Source: Selaginella moellendorffii (taxonomy: Eukaryota > Plantae > Lycopodiophyta). From it: DNA of 64,000 bases. The first letter of the stretch is position 1. Each line of letters starts with the position of its first letter. Shown here piece by piece: positions 38,505 to 52,761 of the stretch. The translations under genes were made by a program, and so were the position numbers. The notes under the pieces were generated by a model that was not told the origin of the DNA, searched no databases, and worked only from the letters and a program-made list of their open reading frames with translations. Location: the NCBI RefSeq assembly GCF_000143415.4, contig NW_003314421.1, positions 153,525-217,524 of the forward strand, in the 5' to 3' direction.

Positions 38505-39050
38505 AAGTGTCTAGCAATTGCAAAGGGTTCCAAAAGTATAGGAAGGAGAGTGAAGATAAAGACCCATTCTTGAAGGAACTCTTTAGAGGTGCTTTTAAAC
38601 TATGTTAAGGTTAGGGCTAGGGGTTAATAGCCTTAGGTGAGTGAGCATATATTTAAGGGGTGTCAGAGAAGAGCAATACTCATTCTCAGAAGAGAAACTG
38701 ACTACAATACTTTCATCTTAAATAAAATGGTGCCCCACTTGAGTACTATAAGGTTCATTGGTCCTTGCCCCTTCCTAAAGGCTTAAGCCTTCCCTTTGGG
38801 ATGGAAGTGGGGAGTTAGGGTACTTATATCGAATATTTAAATTATGGTGTTTCCCTTTGAGGTCTCAAACTATTATATACACCCCAAGATTTAGGATTTA
38901 GAACAAGTTTTGTTATACCTTAAAAACCTCAAGGATTAGTAGGTTAGCCAAACTTTAAGTTTAGTTTAACTCAAAAAAGGATTGGGAGAGAGTTTAAGAA
39001 TTTGTGAAGAAATGGTTAACACCCTATTACTTGTGTAGTGAGAGTTGGTC
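38505..39050 (+). mobile_element. Old family-B LTR remnant
   Basis: Similar to 25690-26190 (GGTGCCCCACTTGAGTAC, CCTTCCCTTTGGGATGGAAGTGGGG), AT-shifted. Confidence 0.7.
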
Positions 39051-39879
39051 TTTTTATAAGTGAAAAATCAAGCTTAATAAACAGAGTTATCTTTAAGCTT
39101 TGAAGATGCTTAAATCTCTACACTTTTAATTAAAGAAAAAAATATAAAAAATTAGTGTCTTTGGCAAGATTTCTACCACTAGATTTCTTGAACAAGTTTG
39201 CAATTAATACACAAAAAGCCCTATAACTTCGTGCTACCTTGGAATAGGCCCAATCTCATTTCTCATTTGTGCCACTTCTTTAGTGCCAATAGCTGTGTCA
39301 CCACTGCCAAGTGCCCCTTCTTTTCCTGGGTCCAGCCATCCTTATCACTTACTATTGGACCAAAATCTTCATGATTTCCCAATGGCAAGATTGTGATGGG
39401 GCAAATGTTACACACTAGATTGAGTGGTAGGCCAAGTCCAAGCTATAATGTCATTCCTCCACCATCTTCCTATGCCCATAAAGAAATATTCTATGGCTTT
39501 TGCACATCACTTAGGCATTGAGAGGGCACTTGCTAACTAAAGTGCTTCTTTCTTAGTTGTTACCAGTGTGGGTATGTACTAGCCCTTCCTCAACTTGTTA
39601 AGAGATTTCAGTAGAGTATCCAAGAGATAGTGGATACATAAATATTAAGCACTATATTGCTCTAGCACTTCGGTGAGCCAAGCTCTATAGTCCACAACAA
39701 TTGCCTTATCTAGGCATTTGTTGCAAGCAGCAAATCCAGCACTTATTTGCTAGGTAGTGGTCCATCTAGAAGGCATTCCAATGTCACTCTTGACACTCTA
39801 GTGAAGGACTAGAGCTTTTCTTACAAGCCAATGTGAAGGATAGGGGAAAACATTCACAATTAGTGTAGTGACAAAAAAT

Positions 39880-42800
39880 TGTAAAGAATTAAAGAGAACA
39901 ACTTGAGGACAACAACTTGAATTTAGATTTCCCAGGAGGTCACCCTACCTACTATTATTTAAATCTAAGGACACTTAACCAAATATCCCAAAACCTTTAA
40001 CCGATTGGAAAAGGAAGTGTACTCTTATTCATAGGCCTTTTCCCTTTATATTTGAACCCTATGGATCATCTCTCAAGTTGTTCCCTTTAATTTCTTACAA
40101 TCCATTATGCTTTCTTGCAAGTTCACGCCCTCGTGAACAAAAGTTGAGAGCCACAACTCTCCTGAGAGCCCCACTCTTTTGACACCCTACCCCTCGGGTC
40201 GATGAAACGTGTATGTACATTCCCCAATGTCCCTTAGGGACTAATACAAAAACCGGGCATGCTGCCCGAAGCTCATGCTACCTAGTGGAGATCTCCCTCA
40301 TGTAAAGTGATACTAAGCCTGCAGTAGAAGCGGCTGCGGTTGTCTCCGTCGTATCGTGTCCAAATCCAAGTCCCCCCTTCATGCTAACCGCAAGATCGAC
40401 TTCGGGGGGCACCATCTCCAATGAACCTTATTGTGTTCTCCTTCACCAAAACATGGCAACCATGCTTTCTGCCACTCCTCGAGCCTCTCAAGCTTCCCTC
40501 TGTCCCGAAGGATAGCATGGTGAAGCCGTACTGCCGCTAGTGTAAGTCTCCACCACTCTGCCAGTACCTATGATACTCTGACCTGTGTCCCGTCGAAGTG
40601 CGCCCGGTTACGTGCTTCCCAAATGCCTGGACACCCATCACACGCCATATCACCCATCGAGCATGGCCAAGTGCCTCCCACACAGGGACTCCTATCTCCA
40701 CCCCGGTCGCGTCCCACCGGACCTGAATTCCCCAGCCATGTCGTCCTCTGCACCTGATGTGTCACTGGGCTGGGCCCTGGGCAGGACCCCTCGCTTCCTC
40801 AAACCAGTGGAGCACGTCCCCACTGTGGGTCTCGAAATCCTGTGCCACGCCCAGCTCCTTCCCTGCCTTAATAATCTGGCGCCACACCTCCTTTGCAGTG
40901 TCGCACTCCCACAGTGCATGCTTGACTGTCTCGATTTCGCCACACTCCCTGCACCTACGACTCGCGTCGTCCTGGAATCACTGTCCAACCGGAAGCCCGT
41001 TGTTCGCTACCAACCACGAGGTGACTTTCACTTTTTCCTGCACGGGCAACTTCCAAAAGTGAATCGTGTTGTCCACCACTTGCTCCGCATCGACCCCCTG
41101 AGCTATCCACTTCTGCCACAGCTTTGGAATCTCCTCTCTTGCCTCCTCTCGCAATGTCAGTAGTCCATTCCGTGCTTCCTTGACTGCATAGGAGAAAAAG
41201 CTTCCTGTCCCTCATCGCCATGCGGCAGGGTCCCAGTCCAGATCTTCTAGTAGCTGCTGTCGCCACCATATCAATGATCCATCGCCCTCCAACCGGTCTT
41301 CCGATTCCACCATGTCCAGCCTCTTGGGTGACTGCTTAAGCACATGAATCCTCCCACGTACCTCATCATCCATGATATCTGGCATCTCTTGTTTCTCACC
41401 CATCGGGAGAAGCGTGTCTCCTCTCGTGATGCGAAACGGCAGTCCTATGTTGTGCTCTGGTGCGGCGACAAACCTCAACGTCCCCTTCTTCCCATGCTGG
41501 TGTAGGCACGGTGAATGCTCGAGTCCATGTCCCCAGCGGACGTCACACTGCATCGTGTTCCTCCCACTCCATTTGCCACTGGATCGCCACAAAGTCCCCT
41601 ACTTGAAGGCATCTTCTCGGCCACTTCGTCCCTACTTTCGTGTCGTTCACCACTCAGAGGAGTCGCAGAATGTCCAGCAGGATGTTGTGTCGCTTCCAAG
41701 GTCCAAACACTTGAGTCCTTCTCGCTGTTCGCCACCAATCCCTGTCAATCAATCCCGCCAGTTGCTTCATTGTCCGGAATCCACTTGCATGCATTTTCCT
41801 CCAGATCATGTGGTGTGTCTCTCGTCCCAGTGTCACACCTCCCACTTTGAACAGTGCGTTGAAAAACAGAGGCTGGTTAAGCCACTCCTCGGCCCTAGTC
41901 GGTGGTGTTTGCTCCAGCGGAAAGGCTCTCCACAATCGATGTAGGCTCTGGATGAAGTTGGCCCCTCTCACTACCTACATCGGTCCTTCTGCGAAGAGCC
42001 ACCGTGGGTCCTCCCACGGTTTGGCTGCATTGTGTTTGGGGCGTATCGCTAGGAGGCTCTGCCGGAACATGAGTCGCCACGGCTGTCTCCCCTGTTGCAA
42101 ACCCATGAGAAAAATCTTGTACCTCATCGCCTTCGCCATGTCACTGGGGTCAATGATCTCAAGCCCCCGTAGAATGCGCGGCCTCACTATAGATTGCCAC
42201 GCCACCTTGGCCATGGTTCGCCCTGCAGCCAATGCTCCATGCCATACATAGGTTCACACCATCTGTCTCACCTTCTGTAGTGTAGTTTCCAGCACCGGCC
42301 AAATCGAGAGGTGGTACCAGATGCTAGGGAGGATCACGCTCTTGACCACTACGATCCGGGCTGGGAGTCCGAGTTTCCTCGGTGTCCATTTCTGAACTGC
42401 AGTCAAGATCCTCTTGAGAAGCGTATCGTCCTGTGTAGCTACACTGTATTGGACCCCAACCTGGATTCCAAGGTACCGAGTGTCTTCGCCAGGGCGAAGC
42501 CATTGAAAGCCTATCTCCTGTCCCCAGGTCTCGATGCCTGGCTTTCCCCAGTTCACGCCTACTGACTTGTTCCAGTTTATGGCTGCCCTCGCTGCCATGT
42601 TGAAGATCTCCAGCTTGGACCTTGCTGCGTCCAGGTTCCCCGGGGTAGCAAGTAGGAAGAGTGTGGTGTCATCTGCAAATGCCCCGTCTTGCAGCTCTTG
42701 CGTCACAACTTGAGTTCCCGGGAGTTGTAGCCATTCAGAGGGCAGCACCAAGCCTTTTATATCCCCTCCATGCACGAGGAAAGAGCCCAGTGTCTCTACT

Positions 42801-45800
42801 ACTATCAGGAACAGGTAGGGGGCAAGTGGATATCCCTGTCTCACTAAGCCTCCCAAGTGAAAGGTTGGGCCCATCTCTCCATTCAGTGTGACTCGGCTTG
42901 AAGCTCCCCTATACAGCAGTGAGATACGTGAGATAGTCCTTGCCGGGATCCCTATCCTCCGCATGCAATCCTACAAGAAGTCCCAATCGACTCGATCGTA
43001 GGCCTTCTCAAAATCTAGTAGCCACGCTACAATCTGTTGATTTGAGACATTTGCCCACTGCTGTGCCAGGAGGTACGTCCATATGTTTTCTGCGATCTGT
43101 CGTCCCAGCACGAATCCAGTATGTTGTTCTCTGATGATGAGGGGCATGACTGGCTACAGCTTGAGTGCCATCGCCTTTGCGTATATTTTGTACGATGTGT
43201 TGAGCATGGTTATGGGGCGCCAGTTCCTAATTTCTTGGAGGTCACCCCATTTCGGAATCAATGCAATTTGTCCCTCTAGTATCTCCCCCGGCAGCACCCC
43301 TGTTTGCTATGCGTCTCGCCATGTCTCCAGGAGCATCAGGTCAACGTTGTCCCAATACTCCTCATAGAATGCCGGAAGGAGGCCGTCCATACCTGGCATC
43401 TTGTCATCGTTCAGCTGCTCCAGGGCTCGGTGGAGGTCTTCCAAAAAAAAGTCAACCACCAGCATCTCCAGGTACTCGTCGGGAACTTTGCGTGGAAGAG
43501 TGGACAGCACTTTGCTTGCGGCGTCTCTCCTATCCTGGGACCAGGGCTGGGCCGTGTACAGCTTCTGGTAAAACTCCTGTGCCAGCCCCTGCATTCCCTG
43601 TTGGTCCTCGACCACTTCTCCGTCGTCCTTCCTCAGTCCCAGGATCGGGGGGGAGTCGGTGACTGGACGGATCCCTTTGTAGAAGGCTTTGTTGAGAAGC
43701 CGCTCATTCATCACCCAGCTGTCCTCCATGGTACGGAGTCCGGCACTCCATGCTGCATATTCTTTGTACCGTAGCTCAGCTTCCCTCTCATCCAGTGTTG
43801 CTGTCCATCTGGCCTTGTCGTTTGTATGTAGGACCATTCTCTGGGCCGCTGCCACCTTTTGTCTCGCCAGTCTCACCTCTTTCAAGACTTCCCCTTTAAG
43901 TGCTGCCTGCCTTTCCCGGAGCTTAGTGGAGCAAGTGCCTAGTGCCAAGACGAGTTCCCCTTTGCTGCTGTCCAGTGCTTCCCGGACGAGCTTCACTGCT
44001 ATCGGGTTGGTCATTGTGGCTTTGGTGATCTTTCTCTGTGCCACCGTTCCTTTCACCATCTGTAACTTGAGAATGCCTTGGAGTGGGTCATGGTCTGAAA
44101 AGGTGGCAAATGCAGGCCACGTTTTGAGTCCCCCTCCGTCTTGTCACAGCTTGGTAGAAGCGTAAATCCTGTCCAGTCGAGCTTGGCACCCCGTCGATTG
44201 GCATCTCGTGAATGGGTGGGAGTGTGCAGCAAACTTCTCTGCATGCTGGAGGTCCAAGACTCCCAGGGCTTTGACTAGCGCTGTCCAATTCTTTCTCTCT
44301 CTCCCCTGAATGGTTTCCAGTGAACCTCGCTGGTCACTCAGACCCTCCACCATGTTGAAGTCTCCTACCACAAGCCACTCGTCCGCCACTCCTTGAGTGC
44401 TCTACTGGATATCTGTCCACATCTGTGCACGCTCCCTTCTTCGAGTGGGTGCATACACGTTGACAATCCCAACACACCCAAAGTGTAAGTGTATGACCAA
44501 CAGCTGTGCTTTCCCTGGGACCAGCACCCCGCGGTCACGTACCTGCACTGACCACTTGGTAGAGATGATGATCGTTGTTCCTCCTCCACACCGTATTCTC
44601 GCTTGCATGGCCGGATTCCACCAAATTCTCCCGCGCATGCCCAGGTTGAAGTCTGGAGCCTTCACCATCTTGTGTTCTTGGATGCACAGTATGTCGATCC
44701 TCCCCTCTAAGCCAATCTCCCAGATGTGGGACTTGAGCTGTACTCTCTTGTTGAGTCTACTGTCATCGGAGCTGAGTCCCCGACAGTTCCACGTGAGCAC
44801 TGTGAGCATATGGGGCAATGTATTTCCAGGAGAAAACCGTGCTGCTAGGCCTAGCCCTCCATTCCGAGGAGATGGTCCATACTGCAGTGAGTCTCCCCTT
44901 GTACTTGGTCCAGGAGAAGCCTTGCACTGCGTATTCTAAAAATCCTGTCCACTCTGTGATGGCGCGTTCCATTCGGGTCTGGTAATCACCAAGCGTGATG
45001 ACCTCTGGAAAAGCCGTGTGCCCTCGGTACATCAGCCAGTCTCCCACCTCTATGGTTGTCAGTTCTCTCCTAGGTGGGATCCATCTGACTGCCATATTCA
45101 CGGTCCGAGGAAGAACCTGCTGAAAGCCTTCTCCGTCTTTTTCAGCAATCGAGCTCTTGAACATTCTGGGCCGTGAATCAGGTCCAAAGAAAGGTGGTGC
45201 GCTTGGGAACCGGATGTGTGGAGGCTGCTCTGGAGGACGCTGCTTCAGTTGCTTCTCCACGGCCTCTAGGAGTTCAAAGGGATGTCCTGGAGCAAGCTTG
45301 GGCCGTTTGGTCGTGCATGCGTTCTTGCTGTGCCCGGACTGTAGGCAAAAACCACAGTGTGGTGCTGCGTTTTCTACCTGTATACAAACGTACTGTCCCA
45401 GGACTGCTATCTCCATAGGGAGTTCTGCTGGGGATGAGACAAAGACCTTAAGTCTGACAGGGCCCAGAATGCCCTCCGCATCCACGGTGTCTAGGCCCGA
45501 GGCGATCTGCCTGATGCTCCCTAATGCCTGCGCTATTTCAGCTCGTTTCCCTGACTCTCCAGTGCAAAGCTCCGTCTTAGCAGCTTCTGTGTGCGGGATT
45601 TCCTTTACCACCTTTCCTTGTGCGGAGCAGCCTTCTTGTTCTTGCTCAACTCCCAAATCACCTTGCTTCCCTGGGTCCTACGAGCCTTGGTGTGGTGCGG
45701 TCCGACAATTGTATTCCACCTTTTCCCCCCCACGTCCTGCTGAGGCCCTCTGTGCCTTTCCTTTTGCTGTGCTATCCTTCTGCTGTTCTTGGTCCTCCTT

Positions 45801-48543
45801 AGAACGTGTTTCCTCCTCGTGAAGGAACTCCTCCACCTCTTTTGCCCACGCAAGGGCCTCCTTTGAGCTACTTTGGGTCTTTAACTTCCTGCGCGCCACC
45901 TTGCGTTCTTTCTTTTTCTCCATCTTGTTTTCTTTTTGGCCTCTCTTTCCCTCTCCAGTCCCATTCACTTCATCTCCTCCTCCTGTTCTTCCAGTAGTAG
46001 CTCCAGCGGCTTCACTCTTTTTCCCAGAATCAATTCCTCCTTTTGCGTCTCCACCTTTTTGCTAGCTTCCGGGATCTCCTCGTCTTGGTCCCTTTGTTGT
46101 TCCACTTCTTGCTCCTCTTGTTCCTTCCACGTGCTTGTCACTTCCTCTTGCACCTTAGTTTGTTGGGCCTCCTGGCTGTTTGTGTACTCTTGCTCTTTTG
46201 GCGTGACTAGTGCCTCTGTCGCGAGATCGAGGGCTTCCCTGAGAGCGGGGCCAAGAGTTCGGTCTTCTCCCTTGGGGTGAGTCTCCTGGTGCCATACTTC
46301 AGCAGTGAGTATGTCTTGGTGTAGCTGTACTTCGTTCTGAGTGGCCTCCCGCAAAGCCTTCGCAAAGGTTCTGGGATCCCATTGCAGCAGTCCTTCTTCT
46401 GTCTGGTGTGGCATACATTGTTGCAGCACCAATAGCTGGGGCTCACAGTCAGGCTGATGACTGGGAGATGTCCTGCTCTTAGGTTGAGATCCCACCGACC
46501 TCACCGGAGAGCCCGGTAGAGATGTTCTCACTTTGTTGGTCAGATCCGAGAGGCACTTGTGAGAAAACTTCTAGCTGAGTGACCCTCTCTTGGACTGGCC
46601 CTGGCTTTCACTTGTGGCCCTGGTGAGGCAGAGGCTCACCTCTTCCCCCTAGACCTGCTCCTTTACCTCGGTCCTGTGTACCTCTGGCATTTCCCTATGC
46701 CCTCTCGTTTGGTCATTTGGCATCTCCAAGCCCTTCTCTTCTTCTGGATCCACCCTTGACTCTTGTGCATGACAACCTATTGGTATCTCCACAACCATGG
46801 CTGCCCTCATCGCTGCTGCCGCTGCCCTAGTGGTGACGCCGCTCCTGTTCTTACTTGGATTAGGGCATGTCCTACCTTTGGTTTTTCTAGAGGCTGTCTT
46901 CCCCACTTTGAGAGCCACTCTGAGTCCCGTGCGCCCAGTGATGGGGGTGAGGAAGTTCAAGTCCAGAACTCTGCTTGTGGCCACCTCTTCACGTGGTCCA
47001 TCTCCACTGGCTAGGTCCCCCGAGCCTAGGAATTCGCTTACTTCTTGTACTTCTCTGTTCAGCGCACAGCTTTGCTGTACTGGGGAACCATGCTGCGTGG
47101 GTGGTGAGGCTGGTTGAGACGTCCCTGGCCCAGGTCCTTGGGCCCTTGAAGGCTTCTGCTCTCCTGCTCCGTCACTGCTCCTGCGCAGCTCCTCTTCTAG
47201 TGACTCATGCATCGCCACTCCTGTGTTTCCAGGTAGGATCACCTCGTCCAGTGTCTCATGTTCTTCCTGTTGGTTCCCAAGATGTCCTGAACCGGGCTCA
47301 AGGACTGTATCTGGTGCTGGTGGCTCCTCCTTGGTTGCCAAGCTACTTTTGTGTGTCCCACCGTCCTGTGCTGAGCTCTGATCATCATCTCCTTGGTACC
47401 CTGCACGACTTCTTCGTGAAGATCCTCGGCTGCGCACCCTACAAGGTAATCACTTTCCGTGTGGTGTGATTTCTGCCTCAAGCCTGTTTGATCACTGACA
47501 GTGTGCTCACTGCTTCTTGCCGTGCCACTTGAACCTAGCTTCTCACTGTCCCCTGGAGAGCCCAGCGATGTCCTCTTCCCAGCAATTGGGGTTTTGCTGT
47601 TGGCGGCTCTTCCCTTCAGCATCCCTCCTTGGGGCAGTCGGATGCTGAGGCCGCGGCCTCTAGCACCTCTTCCAAGTGCAAATGGCTGGGGCTTGGCTTG
47701 TCCTCCACTGCTGCTGGGTGCTGGATGACGTTCCATCCTGGACACAGCAGTGTAAAAGAAAAAATAGAGAGATTCTGGAGTGATTCTTCCCTGAATCTCG
47801 CGGCAGATGCCCCCGCTGTCAGTAGCAAGTGTGGGGAGATTGGACGCTCTCCCCTTTGCGCTCTCCCTCCTCTGGCTGCGCCTCCGATCATGGCAGCCAT
47901 GGTGCTGGACGCTGTGCTCCTCCACGCCCTAACACTCCAATCATTTTTTTTTAGGTCCCTTAGGTCCTTTCTACCCCTTGGGTCGAACTCAGCCGGAGCA
48001 AAGTGGACCTACCAGATGTCAATTAACATATGGTGCAATTCCTTTATCCAACCAACAAAGTCAGATTGGAAACTCTCTTTAATACCAAATGTAAGCTCTT
48101 GAATTTAGACTTTTCGAGAGGTCATCTAACGTAGTATTATTTAAACTGAAGGACACTTAACTCCAAATATCTCAAGACCTTTAACCGATTAAAAAAGAGG
48201 GTGTACTCTTATTCATAGGCATTTTCCTTCTATATTTGAACCCTATAGATTATTTTTCAAATTGTTCCTTTTGGTTGCTTATATGGGATTTAAATATAAA
48301 GGAAAAAAGCCTATGAATAAAAGTAAGTTAAGGTATTGAAATACTTGGGGTTAAATGTTCTTGGGTTTAAATAGTATTGGGTTGGGTGACATTTCGGTAT
48401 AAGTTTACATTTGGTATTAGAGAGGGTCTCAAGTTTGACTCTCTTGGTTGGCTAGAGGAATTGCACCATATGTTGATTGACATTTAGCAGTTCCAGTTTG
48501 GGTGACCTCTCGAGAAGTCCAAACTCAATCTTAAGAGCTTACA
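39880..48543. mobile_element. Nested Cassandra-type TRIMs: plus-strand copy (39880-~39910, 48283-48543) split by minus-strand copy (~39915-40202, 47971-48282), itself split by a LINE
   Basis: Reverse-complement LTR/internal/PBS pieces join across the LINE; outer copy PBS TGGTATTAGAG at ~48411; flanks AAAAT/TAAAT. Confidence 0.75.
40203..47970 (-). mobile_element. Full-length L1-clade LINE (ORF1 ~47900-44800 with CCHC knuckle; ORF2 ~44818-40400 EN-RT-zf), with several disabling mutations
   Basis: 16-bp TSD CTACCCCT(C/T)GGGTCGA at 40187-40202 and 47971-47986; CGFCLQSGHSKNAC; TWNCRGLS, VGDFN, RLDRIY, VRQGYPLAPYLF, AFADD, YLG. Confidence 0.93.
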
Positions 48544-48739
48544 TAAATGCTTTTGTGGGGCAATTGCTAAGGGCTTTGACTTTTAAGGCCCACTTAGTCA
48601 AGTTCCACTACAAGAAATAGTGGATGAAGAAATCTCAACATCAACATCAATATGATCAAATAAATGATCTTTGAAAAAAAATTTGCCAGAGAAATTTAGG
48701 ATTTGCCAGAGAAAACAAGAAAATGCTAGCATCACAAGA

Positions 48740-49967
48740 TTGTGAGACATGAATTTCTAAGCCCCAAAATTGAGCCAAAAGAGTGCTATATGGTAGTGTT
48801 TCAAGAAGTCCAACAAACATAACATGTTTGGACTAAAATCTTTGACTTGGAAAGTTGAGAGCGGGAGTGAAACTTTGAAAAAAAATGTTTAAGGAATAAA
48901 CATGAAGCAATCAGTGAATGAGTCTTTAAAAAGGGACACAAGAAGGACTAACACATGGAAGTGTTGAGATCAAGTCTAAAAAGGAATCTGAGATGGAGTC
49001 CAAGAAGGAGTCCGAGATAGAATCCGAGGAGTCTGAGATGGAGTTTGAGATGGAGTTTGAAGAGTTTGGGAAGGAATCTAAGACGGGGACCAAGACCAAG
49101 ACAAAGACTGAAACTAGAGCCAAGACCAGGCCCGAGTTTGAGTCTGAGTTCGAGTCCAAGTCTGAGTCCAAGGGTGAAAGGCCAATGCAATCATCTCCTA
49201 GACCCTAGGGGGTTTGGTGAGCTGCAAAAGTATAGTGTGAGGCAAAAATCCCTAAGCCCCAAAGTGGAGCCGAAAGGGTGCCAAAGCGAAAGCCAAACGA
49301 GCGTAATACGTTTGGACTAAAAGCTCTGACTAGCAATAAAAGAGTCTCTAGAAAAGGGACACAAAAGGACCATTACATGACACGTGGTGGAGTCTGAGAT
49401 GGAGTCCGAGAGGGACTGAGATGGAGTTCAAGATAGACCTGAGATGGAGTCTGAAATGGAGTCCAAGATGGAGTCCAAGATGGACCGAGATGGAGTCCAA
49501 GATGGACCTGAGATGGACTCCAAGATGGACCGAGATGGACCCAAGATGGAGTTTAAGATGGATCCAATATGGAGTCCGAGATGGACTGAGACGGAGTCCA
49601 AGGTGGAGTTCGAGATGGACCCGAGATGGAATCCGAGATGGAGCCCGAGAATGACCCGAGATGGACTCCAAGGTCAAGACCAAGACTGAGACTAGGACCG
49701 AGACCAAGACCAAGATCGGGACCGAGACTGAGACCAGGACCAAGGCCGAGACCGAGGCCAAGCTCAAGACCGAGCCCGAGCCTGAGTCCAAGTATGAGGG
49801 TGAAAGCCCAAAGTGTTCGTCTCCCAAACCCTGGGTTTGGTGAGCTCAAAAAGTATAGTAGGGGGAAGACTCTAATGGAGCCAGTTTCACCAGGAAAGGC
49901 CAGTTTGGCCCAGGAAGCACAGGTGGGTGATGGGATAACCACTAGGAAGTCCAAGGCAAGAGTGAAT
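48740..49967 (+). mobile_element. Two partial family-A LTRs in tandem (second starts ~49236)
   Basis: TGTGAG(A/G)CA...CCCCAAA.TGGAGCC starts and 12-bp minisatellite arrays. Confidence 0.75.
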
Positions 49968-51805
49968 TGTAAGGAACCGACTCCCCAAGATGTCGTAGGC
50001 TAAAGGATCCCCGAAAGCATAACCGAAATGACAAAGAGTTCATCAGATGGGACCAAGTCGAAGATTGAGTCCAAGACCGACTCTGAGACCGAGTTCGAGA
50101 TAGAGTCCGGGATCGAGCCCGGGCCAAATCGGAGACCGAGTTCGAGACCGAGTTCGAGACAGAGTCCGAGATCCAAATTGGGTCCGAGACTGAGTCTGAG
50201 GTTGAGTCCAAAGTCGAGTCCGAGATTGGGTCCGAGATCGAGTCGGAGATTGAGTCTGAGACCGAGTCCGAAGTCGGGTCCGAGATCGAGTCCGAGACCG
50301 AGTCTGAATACTAATACGGGTCAAGGGGTGAAAGCCCAAAGTGTGCGTCTCCCAAGGGGGGGCGGGGGGGGGGGGGGGGGGGGGCTCCCCGGGGTTCCCA
50401 AAATTTAGTAGGGATAGTGAGGTCCAGGAACCAGTCTTGAAGGAACTCTCTAGTGGTGCTTCCAAATTGACTTGAGGTTGAAATTGGGGCCCAGGGGCCT
50501 TGGGTGGGAGTGAGCATAGGCTTGGGTGGTGCCGGAGGGGCCACCCAGGGAAGTGCTCAAGAGCAGCTCCCACTCCCGAAAGGGAAACCGACTGCGGTGC
50601 TCCCGGCTCATGTGGAGTGGTGCCCCACGTGAGTACCTTGTGGCTCATTGGTCCTCGCCCTTCCTAGGGGCTTGGGCCTTCCCTTCGGGATGGAAGTGGA
50701 GGGGTAGAGGTACCCATACTGAGCCGTTAGGCCATGGTGTTTCGCCCCGATGTCCCGAAGCAAGTGTTGCACCCAAGGCTTGGGATTTAGAGGGTCCCAT
50801 GATCAAGTCTTCTTGTACCAAGGGGTGTTAGGAACCTGGAGGCTTGGTGTGCTTGGCTGCTTGTGCCTGCAGGGAGTGTAGCCAAACCTTAAGTCCAGTC
50901 TAACCCGGGGAGGGGGGATTGGGAGAGATTTGGGAATCCGTGGATGGATGGCTAACGCTCTGTTGCTCGTGTAGTGAGTAGCTGAAACCAAGTAGGACCA
51001 AGTAGGAGCTGGTACAATAGGCGGGAACCTTGGCGAGGGAACTTAGCACAAGCCAAGACAGTATTGGTCGGATAGACGAGGTAAGGTGGCAAATTGGAAA
51101 GGAAAAATTTGTGGTTTACAATTTGGTATCGGAGTCTTTTCCTCAGTTCTAGTGAAGGATAGAGGCGGATTGCTGGGAGATGGAAAAGGCAGGGTGGAAA
51201 CGAACCAAGGCAGAGATAGAACCTCCTCTAGAGCTGGAGCCTCCGGTCGAACAAGAGGCTATGAATGAGGAATCCTTGCATGAGGAGGACTCCAATGAGG
51301 CAACTTCTAAACAGGAGTCCGGTGGTGAGGCTCGGTCGTCCAAGGCTTGATTGGACGTTCTAGAAGGACAATTGGCACAAACCAATGCCCTGCTAGAGAC
51401 TCTCGTACGCAAGTTAAAATGTGATGAGAAGCGGAAGAAAAAGCGAAAGACTGCGGATGCTGGCAGCGCAAAGGGTGCGGACCCTTCGGTAGGGACTGAG
51501 GCAAAACCAAACAAGGTCGAACAAACAGAAGTGGAATCAGTCCCTCAGGCAATGGACTCATCTATTACAAACAAACGAGGGTGTATGTTCCAGAAGGGGA
51601 ACTAAGGAAGGTAGCCTTAGAAGAGTGTCATGACGGACCTCTTGCGGGACACGGCGGAATGCCCAAGACAATGGGCTTACTCAAGAGGAAGTACCATTGG
51701 CTAGATATGGCTAAGGACGTCCAAGACTATGTAAAAACATGTCCAACATGTCAGCAGGTCAAAGCCGTGACTAAGGTTAGTAGGGGCTTGTTGCAATGCA
51801 TCCCA
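49968..51805 (+). mobile_element. Family-B Ty3/gypsy: 5' LTR 49968-51120, PBS, leader and integrase zinc-binding fragment
   Basis: TGTAAGG...TTTACA, PBS TGGTATCGGAG at 51124; CHDGPLAGHGG..KT...YHW..DVQDYVKTCPTCQ. Confidence 0.88.
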
Positions 51806-52732
51806 CTTCTGGAATCCTCCACTTCTGGACATGCTTGAACCAGTTGATGCTCCTCCAGTCGAGGACAGGCCTCCAACACCTCCACCACCTTGTCGACGTC
51901 GTGGCATGCCTGATCCGATGCCAGTTCTTGATCACCCCCGGGAACGTCAGCCCTCGTTAAAAGTCCGGGAAAATGCTAAAGCAGATGCTGCAAAGCTTGA
52001 TGACTTTTGTGTCCTTGTTGACATCAGCATCCCCATGACCTATGATGAGGCCGTCTCAGGACCTGAGGCTTCATCTTGGATGGAAGCTATTGCGGAAGAA
52101 GTTTCTTCCATTCAGGTTAACGGAACTTATATTCCAGTTGATTCAGCGCCATTGGGATGACGTGTTTTGGATCCAAAATGGATTTTTTCCAAAAAGTATG
52201 GGAAAGATGGTCAGGTTGTATGTTATAAGGCACGGTTGGTTGTTCACGGTTTTCGCCAAGTCCATGGCCTTGACTACAATGAAACATTCTCACCGGTTGT
52301 AAAAATGGCCAACCTCCGTACTCTTTTTGCACTTGCGGCTGCTCGCTAATGGCAAGTCCACCATATGGACGTCAAAACTGCATTTTTGAATGGGGATTTG
52401 CAAGAGGACATCTATATGCATATACCTTCTGGTTTTGAGGACGATGTTGCCCCTGGTGGCCCTATATGGCAATTGCGGAAAGCTTTGTATGGCCTAAAAC
52501 AGAGCTCCCATATTTGGTATCAAAAATTTGGTGCCACCCTACGCGCTCAAGGCTTTCGTCACTGTCATGCTGATCACAATGTGTATGTGAATGGTCATGC
52601 TGAGCACATGCTTATTGTGGCCCTCTATGTTGATAATTTGCTCATCATGGGTGATGACACCAATGCCATTGCTGCTCTGAAAGCTGCTCTCAGCCAGCAA
52701 TTCCAGATGAAGGACCTTGGCCAAGTCTCCTA
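51806..52732 (+). mobile_element. Ty1/copia RT fragment
   Basis: PMTYDEAV, KWIF, YKARLVVHGF.Q..GLDYNETFSPV, MDVKTAFLNG, KALYGLKQ, LYVDN; in-frame stops. Confidence 0.92.
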
Positions 52733-52761
52733 CTAAACCCTAAACCCTAAACCCTAAACCC
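52733..52761 (+). repeat. Interstitial telomeric repeat (CCCTAAA) x4
   Basis: ctaaaccctaaaccctaaaccctaaaccc at a Copia/gypsy junction. Confidence 0.9.
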
